A stretch of DNA of 63,687 nt, filler included, from Octopus bimaculoides (GCF_001194135.2; 6 parts of 6 records of this genome joined end to end with filler, not necessarily neighbours in it); one strand, 5' to 3'. Positions 12,664 through 24,100 are shown, counted from the first letter of the whole stretch. The notes: generated by a model not told the origin, from the letters alone. Made by a program: numbers and translations.

Positions 12664-12707
12664 GACACCTGATGAAGGCTGGTGGGTCTATCAGCCAACG
12701 TTGCGTT
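12664..12707 (+). ncRNA. Degenerate minimal type-I hammerhead ribozyme (inverted pLTR)
   Basis: GACAC-CTGATGA-A-GGCTG(10 nt)CAGCC-AACGTT-GCGTT. Palindromic stem III is retained; the GA of GAAA is lost. Confidence 0.65.
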
Positions 12708-13843
12708 AACAGCAAACAAGATGAGGACAAATATCTGTCAAATGTAAATAATGTACATAATTCCTCATCTCTTAAATATAGAACTGAATTGACATTTAGC
12801 TTTGCTGTTTGTTTGTTTTTATTTTGCTACTTAAATGTGAGGATCATTTTGTCTAAGATTTGCTCCACTAATCTATTGTTTTGTAGAATTGAAATGATGT
12901 TAACATTTTAGGATTTAACCTGCATAGGTTTGTGTTGCTGCTTTCAAGCTCAGTTTCTGCTGTTGGCTCAACCAACACATTTTGAAACTGCTTTCCTTTT
13001 ACTCTGCTATTATCGAGATAATTTCACAGATGTTCCTTCACTTGCATGTTTTGCATGATTCATTGATATTAGTGTCTTTAAAGTGACAATCTCTTTTTAC
13101 AGAGCTGTGGAATAGTCTTACTAACAACATTACCATTGCATCTTGTGTAAGGAATCGAAATAGTTTAATCATGAGGAAAGTGCCCCTCCCCATCCCAGTC
13201 TGTGCAATTAGATTTGTTGTTGTTGTTGTTGTTTTTTTAGTGGTGTTTTACTTCATGTTTGTACGAAAGTATTGCTTCCTGACAATCCACAGTGTTGACT
13301 ACAAACTTGCATGGATTTATCACATCTCTTAACCTAAAATTTTTATTGCCCAATCAGTTTGTAAAGCTGGGCAGATCTTCATCGTATGATATTTGCTGTT
13401 GTATTTGTTGAAATATTTTAATAATTGCTGTAGAAATCAAATATTTGGTTCTTTTTATTTTTGTTTCCGTTTTAGTAAAATGTTGGAACTCCTTGTTGAC
13501 TGATAGTTAATTGGTCATAATTATAAATGTAGCATCTCATTTTTGTTTTACTTGTTTTGTCAACTTGAACATTTTTTATTTGTTTAGTAATGTTCATAAG
13601 AAAGTAGATTGTTATGAGACATCTTCACAAATCATTGTATGTAATCATCTCCCATCTTACTGTCATGTCCCATCTTCATTCTGTTGTAACTTAGTATAAA
13701 TACGTTTATCATTTAACATCATGTTTTCATAAGTATGTCAATGACCAGTTGATGCTGTGTCTGTTTTCTTTCTTTCTCTGTTTCTCCTCTAATGAGGTTC
13801 ACGGATTCAACTTTGACATGTCTAGTGATTGATTTTATTGCAG

Positions 13844-13910
13844 GAAATAATCAAGACCAAGATGAACAAATTCAAGAAATTCTGACAGAACTTTCAAATC
13901 ATAATTCACG
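13844..13910 (+). CDS. CLASP: CLASP exon, start of the C-terminal TOG-like (CLIP-ID) domain
   Basis: ttttattgcag|GA...CG|gtaact, 67 nt, phase 1/2. GNNQDQDEQIQEILTELSNHNSR resembles LLKELSNHNER. Confidence 0.93.
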
Positions 13911-14054
13911 GTAACTATTTCATTATTTTGCAAAGACCTCAATATTTGACTCAGATCTACTACTTTCCCCCCCCCCCCAACTGGAGTAGCCATGTATCTA
14001 CTTTACTGCAAGACTTCTATATATATATTCATACTCATTACTTCCTCCTCCTCA

Positions 14055-14265
14055 GTTGATGGGGGTCTGTCATGCAAGTTACTTGGTGACCTCGCTGATG
14101 CTGGCGCCACAGGAAAAGCACCCAGTGCATTCTGTAAACTGGTCAGTGTTAGGAAGGGCATCCAGCTGTAGAAACCTTACCAAAGCAGGTCATCTGCTTT
14201 GCCAGCTCCTCTCAAATTGTCCAACCCATGCCAGCATGGAAAGCAGATGTTAAATGATGACACTG
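14055..14265 (+). mobile_element. RTE LINE 3'UTR fragment
   Basis: Reverse complement of the 3495 and 15630 copies; ends ...ccagcatggaaagcagatgttaaatgatgac with a (GAT)-type tail. Confidence 0.8.
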
Positions 14266-14687
14266 ATGATTATTTTGTTTGTTTTGTTTACTGGAATAAC
14301 ACTCTTGATTTGGTTGAATGCTAACAGATATTTGATGATATCACATGTAATACATTATTATGTTGTCTGCTCATATCATAAGCATCAGTGTTTTTCATCT
14401 CATATCTCCCAATTTCATCCATCCATCACATCTTAGAGGTCTCCCTCAAACTGATGCAGAAAACTATCAAAGAATGTCTTCAAAACCTGCTCATTTTCCC
14501 AACTCTCTTCTGTTGGAAGAAGACTAAAAATTTCCCGATAATTTACGGCTTTTTTAATTCCCCTCCCTGCTTCAATTGACTCTCCTATAAAGATGCCCCA
14601 GTTTTATGAATTTTGATAATTCAACAACTCTCCACCCCAGCCTGAATTATAATTCTGATATCCTTTTTCTTTTCTTTTCTACACCAG

Positions 14688-14814
14688 CAACGATGAGCGA
14701 AAGAATGCAATGCATTTATTAATGAAGCTAGCTATAGACGGGAAAACAGAGTTATGGGACAAGCATTTCAAACCAGTTTTGTTAATTCTTCTGGAAACCT
14801 TAGCTGATGATGAT
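14688..14814 (+). CDS. CLASP: CLASP exon
   Basis: acaccag|C AAC...GAT|gtcagt, 127 nt, phase 2/0. NDERKNAMHLLMKLAIDGKTELWDKHFKPVLLILLETLADDD resembles VWEEHFKTILLLLLETLGDKD. Confidence 0.95.
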
Positions 14815-14920
14815 GTCAGTATTGTTTGTTTTGTTTTTCTTTTTTCTTTTTTCTGGTTCAAAAATCTTTTACTTCCAAATTGCGTCTCTCATGACTTATT
14901 ATTGTTGTTTTTCCTTTCAG

Positions 14921-15049
14921 TATAAAATTCGAGGCCTCACTTTGTGTGTATTAAGAGACATTTTGCACAACCAACCAACTCGATTTAAAGATTATGCAGA
15001 GTTAACTATTCTAAAAGTATTAGAATCTCATAAAGATCTTATTCGGGAG
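14921..15049 (+). CDS. CLASP: CLASP exon
   Basis: ttcctttcag|TAT...GAG|gtgagt, 129 nt, phase 0/0. YKIRGLTLCVLRDILHNQPTRFKDYAELTILKVLESHKDLIRE resembles ILRNQPARFKNYAELTIMKTLEAHKD. Confidence 0.96.
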
Positions 15050-15629
15050 GTGAGTTTATTTTATTGCCCTACTTTTGTTATTTGCCTGTAGCTATTAATT
15101 AGCATTTAAGCTGGCCCCCACATCCAGCCCAAATATCCTTTTATATTCAAATTAGCCACATCGGGACTCTCATACTTATCCTATAATGTCAGTCTAAAAA
15201 TAAACAATCGTATCGTTAAACTTTCAAAGCTACATGTTGATGCATGATTAATCCTGTAATAATTGTGCTTGTTGTTGCATTACTTAGCCTGTTCGTAACA
15301 CTTTCATGTGATAAGAGAAAAAGAGGGAGAGAGAAGTGTTCGTTACATGAGGTTGAGGAGATGTAATTGTAACACTTTCACGTTATTAGTGGAAGGGAAA
15401 GAGAAGAAAAAGAGAGATATCCATGATGTGGGGGGGGGGGTTTAATAATTTTAGCAGAGGGGTGATATTCTGATGGTGAGGTTAAAGAAAGAGAGAGGTT
15501 AGAGAGGGAGAGATGATGGTGGTGGTGGTGATTGGATAGTGAAAAGTGTATTTGTTTTATTTAATTGGACTAAGTCTTTTATCTCACCTATCACTTAACA
15601 CATGTGCATAAATGCAATTCCATGAAATA

Positions 15630-16123
15630 ATCGTCGTCGTTTAACGTCCGCTTTCCATGCTGGCATGGGTTGGACGGTTTGACTGAGGACTGGCAAGCTA
15701 GAAGGCTGCACTAGGCTCCAATCTGGTCTGGCAAAGTTTCTGCAGCTGGATGCCCTTCCTAACGCCAACCACTCTGAGAGTGTAGTGGGTGCTTTTATGT
15801 GCCACCAGCATGAGGGCCAGTCAGGCAGTACTGGCAATGCCCATGCTCAAAGGTGTTTTTACATGCCACCTGCATGGTTGCCAGTCCAGCGGCACTGGCA
15901 ACGATCACACTTGGATGGTGCTTTTAACATTCCACTGGCACAAGTGCCAATTAGGTGGAACTGTCATTGGCCAAGTCAGCGTTTTTGATTTCTCTTGCCT
16001 CAACAGGTCTTCGCAAGCAAAGTTTATTGTCCAATGAATGAAGGGTACTCTTAAGTGGACTGGTTATACACCACTGGCATAGGCCATGGGTTATGGTCTC
16101 ACCCGGCCTTGCCGGGTCTTCTC
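15630..16123 (-). mobile_element. RTE LINE 3' end
   Basis: Same 3'UTR (ggatgcccttcctaacgccaacc) and (GAC)n tail. The minus strand near 16120 reads EKTRQ, the end of the RTE ORF. Confidence 0.8.
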
Positions 16124-17689
16124 GAAATATTCATGCTTATTTATATGGCAGATATATGCAATTTAACTAAGGGTTGTATCATATGTATGGAATATTTTTT
16201 TGCATTTGGGAGGGCAAGTGTCTTCTGCTATAGCCCCGGGTTGACCGAAGCTTTGTGATTGAATTTGGTAGGTGGAATTTACTGCCACGTGTGTATATGT
16301 ATGTGTATGTGCTTGTGCCTCTCCGAGAGAGAGAGAGAGAGAGAGGAAGTGAATATTTATTTTATGAGTACTGTGTACTAAGTCTCTAAAATCGTGCATA
16401 AAGTAGCAGATGAGCGACTGTCTTTCCATACAGACACAACACAGGCTACACTTCAGGGTTTTTAGATAAAGTTTTCAGAAATAATCCAATAGGTTTACCA
16501 TTAATTCCATGAAATATTCACAGGTCCCACTAGTTCAAAATAATTTGAATAAATAAACATTACATTTGACAGAATAATCCAAATGCTAAAAGGTTAAANN
16601 NNNNNNNNNNNNNNNNNNNNNNNNNNNNNNNNNNNNNNNNNNNNNNNNNNNNNNNNNNNNNNNNNNNNNNNNNNNNNNNNNNNNNNNNNNNNNNNNNNNN
16701 NNNNNNNNNNNNNNNNNNNNNNNNNNNNNNNNNNNNNNNNNNNNNNNNNNNNNNNNNNNNNNNNNNNNNNNNNNNNNNNNNNNNNNNNNNNNNNNNNNNN
16801 NNNNNNNNNNNNNNNNNNNNNNNNNNNNNNNNNNNNNNNNNNNNNNNNNNNNNNNNNNNNNNNNNNNNNNNNNNNNNNNNNNNNNNNNNNNNNNNNNNNN
16901 NNNNNNNNNNNNNNNNNNNNNNNNNNNNNNNNNNNNNNNNNNNNNNNNNNNNNNNNNNNNNNNNNNNNNNNNNNNNNNNNNNNNNNNNNNNNNNNNNNNN
17001 NNNNNNNNNNNNNNNNNNNNNNNNNNNNNNNNNNNNNNNNNNNNNNNNNNNNNNNNNNNNNNNNNNNNNNNNNATTTGTGACAACAAACAATATTTTCCT
17101 AAACTTCAATTTAACTCCTGTATACCTTTGTTTTATACTGGCAACCAAGATCAAAACAAAATGCAAGAAGAAAAAATACAAAAAAAAAACAGTAAGAAAA
17201 CATGCTCCCAGAAAAACAGCACACACACACACACACACACACAAACTATCTACCTCAGAGGAACCAACCATTTAATAAACTTCTTTTGGCCCTAACAACG
17301 GCCTTGATGTAGTGACAGATTGCATGTTAGGCTCAGTGGCTTCCACCCACGACTTCTCGACATTGTGGGGGTCACCCTCCCAATGAAACCCCAGCTGCAA
17401 TAATCTAAGGGGTTTGAATAGAGAGACCTAGGAGTCCACATGATATAATCGGGTTCAGAGGGTTTTCCTGGACGTGAACTGACCTCTCCTCATCATACAG
17501 GACTTGTATAGGATGTCCTCCTGCAGCACGCATCTGACTTTGGACTCTGCCTTCTTCAGCTGCTGACTGATGGCGTTTAACGACCCGCTGCAGTTGCCAC
17601 AGATGATGTCCCCCTATTTGTTGCACCTTTTCATTTCTGGTATCAAATTTAAATCTGCTCTTTGATGCTGTTGATACTTCTGTCTACTA

Positions 17690-17820
17690 AACCCTCTCAC
17701 AAGGCCTTGGTTAACCTTAGGGCTATTGTTGAGGACACATGCCTAAGGTGCCATGCAGTGGGACTTAAAGTCTGAAACCTTGTGGTTGGAAAAGGAAGTT
17801 CTTAACCACACAGTCGCTAT
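17690..17820 (-). mobile_element. tRNA-derived SINE family B, 5' part, in a CLASP intron
   Basis: Homologous to the head of 26317-26660. Confidence 0.6.
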
Positions 17821-17979
17821 TGTGCACACACACAAACACTAACATAATTCAAACCTCATATTATCTTGAAAAATATATTTATTCATATTTGTGACACCAG
17901 GTAAATTCCATCCTTCTCTCTCTCTCTCTCCGTCTTTTTTATAGCAATTTTTTAAAATATACAAAACAATTTATTTCAG

Positions 17980-18048
17980 GTTATAGAACTCTTACCCAAA
18001 GAGGAATTAGAAACCTCTCTCACAGAGATAGTTCCTGGTTTGTTAAAA
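17980..18048 (+). CDS. CLASP: CLASP exon
   Basis: ttatttcag|GTT...AAA|gtaagt, 69 nt, phase 0/0. VIELLPKEELETSLTEIVPGLLK resembles VVERIAKESLLQLLVDIIPGLLQ. Confidence 0.93.
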
Positions 18049-18200
18049 GTAAGTACAGCTTTCTCTTTAAATACACAATTACGTTTGTAATATATTTTTC
18101 TAGTAATCACTGCGTTATTTGCAGGATTATATAGTTGTGTGTTTGTATACACACGTCTTCTATACGTATATATTCATATATCTTATTTCTTTGCCTCTAG

Positions 18201-18317
18201 AGCTATGATGACTCTGAAAGTACAGTTCGCAAGGCTAGTGTGTTCTGCTTGGTATCCATTTATATGGCAGTTGGTGACAATTTACGACCCTATTTAAGTC
18301 AGTTAAATTACAGTAAG
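18201..18317 (+). CDS. CLASP: CLASP exon
   Basis: ttgcctctag|AGC...AAG|gtaaat, 117 nt, phase 0/0. SYDDSESTVRKASVFCLVSIYMAVGDNLRPYLSQLNYSK resembles YDNTESSVRKASVFCLVAIY. Confidence 0.96.
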
Positions 18318-18451
18318 GTAAATATCTGCAGTTTTTTCTCCTTAAATTCTCTCACATTACTTTCTCCCCGGTTATTTTGTCCATGTTGTAATTTTGCAAA
18401 ATTCATAATTTAGTTTTTGATATATTTTTGCTTTTTTGTTTCTACTTTCAG

Positions 18452-18544
18452 ATGAAATTATTAAAACTCTACATAAAACGGGCTCAATCACAGAAAGAAG
18501 GCTCGAAAGGTTCCAAATCTCCACTGGCCTCTGCTGATACGTGA
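18452..18544 (+). CDS. CLASP: CLASP terminal coding exon
   Basis: ctactttcag|ATG AAA TTA...ACG TGA. MKLLKLYIKRAQSQKEGSKGSKSPLASADT* matches the conserved CLASP C-terminus MKLLNLYIKRAQ. Confidence 0.96.
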   Translation: MKLLKLYIKRAQSQKEGSKGSKSPLASADT

Positions 18545-21126
18545 TGCTTGCTGGTTGTTTATGTGGTTATTGCAATAAAATTTGGGAAGTTTTCAACCAA
18601 AGCTTATACAAGATTAAAAACAACAACAACAACAACAACAAAAACACGAACAANNNNNNNNNNNNNNNNNNNNNNNNNNNNNNNNNNNNNNNNNNNNNNN
18701 NNNNNNNNNNNNNNNNNNNNNNNNNNNNNNNNNNNNNNNNNNNNNNNNNNNNNNNNNNNNNNNNNNNNNNNNNNNNNNNNNNNNNNNNNNNNNNNNNNNN
18801 NNNNNNNNNNNNNNNNNNNNNNNNNNNNNNNNNNNNNNNNNNNNNNNNNNNNNNNNNNNNNNNNNNNNNNNNNNNNNNNNNNNNNNNNNNNNNNNNNNNN
18901 NNNNNNNNNNNNNNNNNNNNNNNNNNNNNNNNNNNNNNNNNNNNNNNNNNNNNNNNNNNNNNNNNNNNNNNNNNNNNNNNNNNNNNNNNNNNNNNNNNNN
19001 NNNNNNNNNNNNNNNNNNNNNNNNNNNNNNNNNNNNNNNNNNNNNNNNNNNNNNNNNNNNNNNNNNNNNNNNNNNNNNNNNNNNNNNNNNNNNNNNNNNN
19101 NNNNACACACATAAAATTAGATAACTTCCAGCCTTTACATTATTTCTTTCCATATGCTTACTGTTATTTACATTGATTTTCTTCTTTTTTTTTCTCCCCC
19201 CCCCCCATTGCCATTACTGTTGGAGCAATAGAATGTTTTTTTGTTTTTTTTTGGCCAGAGCAGCTTGCTGTTGCTCTACTAGACCAGAGTTTCTGTTTCT
19301 GCCTGGAATAATCTCTTGTTGCTCTCTACTGGACCACTTACAATGTTCCTGCCAAGACGGCCTGCCATTGCTCTACTAGGTGTCGAGTGTAATACGTTCT
19401 GCTAGGGCAGTGCCTGCTAAAGCTAGGCTGAAACAATCAGCTTCTGATTCTGCAGACCAATACAACTAAGCTGGGGGGAGCATTCCAATGTTTCTGCCAG
19501 CAATCTGGCTATCGCTGTGCTGAAGCAACTTAATATTTCTACCAGAGCAATCTGATATTGCTATGCCACCCATTTGCAGAGGAGAAGAGTGATACTCTCA
19601 TCCCTCCATATAAACTGTCTATATTTCTGAGTTTTTTTTGTTTGTTTGTTTGTTTGATTTTTTTTTTTTTTTGTATGGTAGCTTATCATTGTATATATGA
19701 AACGAGAATAAATAATGTTTAGGATTTGTAAAAGTTATTTGGTATGGTTTTATAGCTTAATTCAGTTTTTACTGCCAAGTAGCTATTGAAACTTTGCCTT
19801 CCCTCCCTTTAATTATCATTATCTTTTTTTTTTTTATTTATATTATTACCAATTAACTATTGCAGACATAAATTACTATCAGGAATTTTGTACATGTTTA
19901 TAAACTTGTCCCCTAATTTATAAAGCTTGTGTCAGTTTGAATTTACTCCATTTTTAATCTCTGGGGCCATACACAATGTCTATACATGGGGGCCACCTGT
20001 GTGTGTGTGTGTGTGTGCGCATGTTACATGTCACTGCTGTACATGAATGGATGGTTGGGTTGTACCATGGTCTATTAACAATTTCTTAACACCCCGCCCA
20101 AATACATTTGTGTAGCCGTTTTTCTCTCCTCCTCTTATAATGTAAAATTATTGAAACAGTAACACTAAGATCAGTCTTTTGTTCCTCGTTTAGTTTGATT
20201 AGCATCAAACCATAATTAACGAACTGGTTTCCTGTTAATTTTCAATAGGTTAAACTCTTCAGTTTTATTTATTTATATTTTCTAAAAGAGGGGATGGAGT
20301 GTTGGAATCCTTCCACTTCGCTTGTAAATGCCCCTCCCCTTGAAATCTATTGTCTCCCACCTCACTTATTTTACTTTAAATCTAAAAAAAAAAACCAAAA
20401 GATAGTGTTAAACATTAAAGGCCCTCTCATTTATAGTTTTTCTTTGTTTGGAAGCAAAATCAATTGAGCTATTTACCAAAGGTTTTATTCATTATGCTAC
20501 TGTCACCAACATTATAATTCTTTTATTTTTAATTTGTCTGAAGCTTTGTTTTTATTATGACTATTAAAATTAATTCTATATATATAACTCTACTTCAGTT
20601 AGACTGTTATATGTTTGTGAATTTAATCGGTCTCTGTGTGGCTGTGTCTTCAATCCTGTATGCAGATAGTGATCTTCTACAGTTGGAATATGTTGATAAA
20701 TCAAAATAGTGTTTCCCCCTCTGAAACCACAAGTTTCCCTCTAACCATGTATTGCTTTCTATTTGTAAAGGCGGAACACCTTGCTCATGACACCCTTAAA
20801 ACCTATTTATAACCATGTATATTTCTGTTTTATATAAATCATTTATATTCCAAGCAACCCAAAATCTCATCTTCCTTGCGCTTATCAAAATCTTTTCACT
20901 TTTCATAGCCTCTATAAATTAAGTTGTATTTTTCCTACAATTGTCTTTCTCTATGCTTTATTGGATGACAGACGATCCACAGCTGACAATAAAATCTTCC
21001 ACACTCTTCTCATTGAGTCACTCAACTTTTCATAACTTCTCACTAAATATTACTTTAGAAAAAAGTAAACTTTTTCCAATAAAAAAAAATGTTTATACAC
21101 ATATATAAATAAATAAATAAATAAAA
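18545..21126 (+). other. Probable CLASP 3'UTR with several AATAAA signals
   Basis: Follows the stop codon; U-rich and nearly free of interspersed repeats. AATAAA at 18574, 20988, 21078 and in the (AAAT)n run at ~21107-21126. The true 3' end is inferred. Confidence 0.5.
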
Positions 21127-24100
21127 TGTATTTAAAGCAATTTACTGCAAAACTAAAAAAAAAGCATGCATATGTGTATCTCTACATGCATATATATATA
21201 TATAATACACACACACATTTATGGGTGAGAGTGTATAGATATCCTGTGTGGAGGCATATGTATATATCCGTGTCAATATATATGTAGATGTACATATTTG
21301 GTTGCATGTGCATATATATATATATTTATATACATGTGTATGTATGTATATATATATATATATATATATATNNNNNNNNNNNNNNNNNNNNNNNNNNNNN
21401 NNNNNNNNNNNNNNNNNNNNNNNNNNNNNNNNNNNNNNNNNNNNNNNNNNNNNNNNNNNNNNNNNNNNNNNNNNNNNNNNNNNNNNNNNNNNNNNNNNNN
21501 NNNNNNNNNNNNNNNNNNNNNNNNNNNNNNNNNNNNNNNNNNNNNNNNNNNNNNNNNNNNNNNNNNNNNNNNNNNNNNNNNNNNNNNNNNNNNNNNNNNN
21601 NNNNNNNNNNNNNNNNNNNNNNNNNNNNNNNNNNNNNNNNNNNNNNNNNNNNNNNNNNNNNNNNNNNNNNNNNNNNNNNNNNNNNNNNNNNNNNNNNNNN
21701 NNNNNNNNNNNNNNNNNNNNNNNNNNNNNNNNNNNNNNNNNNNNNNNNNNNNNNNNNNNNNNNNNNNNNNNNNNNNNNNNNNNNNNNNNNNNNNNNNNNN
21801 NNNNNNNNNNNNNNNNNNNNNNNNNNNNNNNNNNNNNNNNNNNNNNNNNNNNNNNNNNNNNNNNNNNNNNNNNNNNNNNNNNNNNNNNNNNNNNNNNNNN
21901 NNNNNNNNNNNNNNNNNNNNNNNNNNNNNNNNNNNNNNNNNNNNNNNNNNNNNNNNNNNNNNNNNNNNNNNNNNNNNNNNNNNNNNNNNNNNNNNNNNNN
22001 NNNNNNNNNNNNNNNNNNNNNNNNNNNNNNNNNNNNNNNNNNNNNNNNNNNNNNNNNNNNNNNNNNNNNNNNNNNNNNNNNNNNNNNNNNNNNNNNNNNN
22101 NNNNNNNNNNNNNNNNNNNNNNNNNNNNNNNNNNNNNNNNNNNNNNNNNNNNNNNNNNNNNNNNNNNNNNNNNNNNNNNNNNNNNNNNNNNNNNNNNNNN
22201 NNNNNNNNNNNNNNNNNNNNNNNNNNNNNNNNNNNNNNNNNNNNNNNNNNNNNNNNNNNNNNNNNNNNNNNNNNNNNNNNNNNNNNNNNNNNNNNNNNNN
22301 NNNNNNNNNNNNNNNNNNNNNNNNNNNNNNNNCACATACACACATGAAAACACACACACACACAAGAACACACAACCACACACACACAAATGTCCCTACT
22401 TAAACCTTGTTTGATTTTTATCTTAACCTGGCAATGCAATGTATATTGTTAACATTCTGAAAGGGCAATATCATTGCAATGTCCTTTCCTGTAGTTTAAT
22501 GGATGTCTTTTTGGCTGTCCATTGCCTTATAAACATCTATGGCTGCTAGCATTCTCCTCTTAGTTTGGCTATTTCTCCAGTTCCTCTTGGGCAAATAGCC
22601 TACTTTCTTTTTAGCAGATATCTTGGGGTATAACACTGAATATCCTTAATTCCTTATAAATGCTATTAATTAAGAATTGCTTTGCCTTAAATGTGAAGCT
22701 GTTAAAAGATTATTTTAATCAGCGCCCTACATCAGTGTTTCTTCATTAAGTGTAGTAGTTTTGTGAATGATGGAGAAGTTTGAAGTTTAAAACCATCCAA
22801 GGTGGCATGATTTGTTATCTGAATTAACCTTTTTAATCAATAATGGTTGGTGAACCTTTCAGTTGTTCAACTGATCAGACAAATTTAGTAATTACTAGTT
22901 TTTAAAGTTTTCCTGCCCCTCCTATTATCTGTTCTTTAAGAAAGGTTATTTATAAATATTTTGCTTCCCACTATACTGAGAGAATAGTTGATTTTATTTT
23001 TGACTAAGTTACAAACTAGAAATTCTACTGCAAGAACAGAAGTTAGAACCCTGAAGAAGTGTGTGTACATAGATGTGTTGTGGATTATATTTTCTTGTAA
23101 ACTCTTCTGTTGAATTCTTTCTCTTCTAACATTTCACTTTCTACTCAAATGTGATAGAGCTTGATTTGAGACAAAAAAAAATATGAAACCTTTGCTTCAG
23201 TTCTCACCAAATACATGGTTATTTAGAAAGGAACCAATCTCTGTAAACTGGAAAATAAATGAATTTATCTAAAACCAAATCAACTTGATTAGTCTGAAAA
23301 TATTGCTCAAGTGTTTGAGCCCCAAAACAGTTTTCTGAAATGATTGAGACGTTAATGTTGTGTGTTTACTTCTTAATAAGTTAACCTATGATAAACTGAA
23401 GCATGCACATAAACCTTTAATCAATCAATTATTGTTATTTTTAGATTTTTTGCTGTGAAATTCTAAGCCATAGCTGATATTTTTATTTCTGGCTATTATT
23501 GTAACTCTCTTTCTCTCTCTCCCTTTATTTCTCTGGCAGTTTCCTTTGATTTGAAAACAACATTGCTGCAGCCTCCTTCCCACCCACCCCTGCTCTTTTT
23601 TTTTTTTTTTTTGTGGCCTCCAACAAACAGCTGGTCCTGTTGCCAGAAAAGAGATTCTTGTAGTGCCCATCTCCTTTGCCCCCCCNNNNNNNNNNNNNNN
23701 NNNNNNNNNNNNNNNNNNNNNNNNNNNNNNNNNNNNNNNNNNNNNNNNNNNNNNNNNNNNNNNNNNNNNNNNNNNNNNNNNNNNNNNNNNNNNNNNNNNN
23801 NNNNNNNNNNNNNNNNNNNNNNNNNNNNNNNNNNNNNNNNNNNNNNNNNNNNNNNNNNNNNNNNNNNNNNNNNNNNNNNNNNNNNNNNNNNNNNNNNNNN
23901 NNNNNNNNNNNNNNNNNNNNNNNNNNNNNNNNNNNNNNNNNNNNNNNNNNNNNNNNNNNNNNNNNNNNNNNNNNNNNNNNNNNNNNNNNNNNNNNNNNNN
24001 GAGATTGCCTCCTCTGCATGATCGTTTGAGCTGCTAGAAATAACAAGCCAATTTCTCTCACTTCATACTTCCTTGGTTTAAGGAAAGGAATGGGCTTTAG

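Larger units (their letters stand above)
11759..12790 (-). mobile_element. 5'-truncated Penelope-like retroelement with GIY-YIG endonuclease and inverted pseudo-LTR
   Basis: Minus 12640-12002 reads ...STVCLPYVKGLSEKIQKICGPYDIRTVFK...KNCMYSIPCRCGRLYKGKT (shift) LKIRVEEHRKAVTRGDIDKLGIADHVWENGDHLPV*DEVKIKDREYHFKI*KLKEAAHM, i.e. PLE thumb/linker plus GIY-YIG. 11759-11872 and 12640-12753 are inverted copies of each other. Confidence 0.92.
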
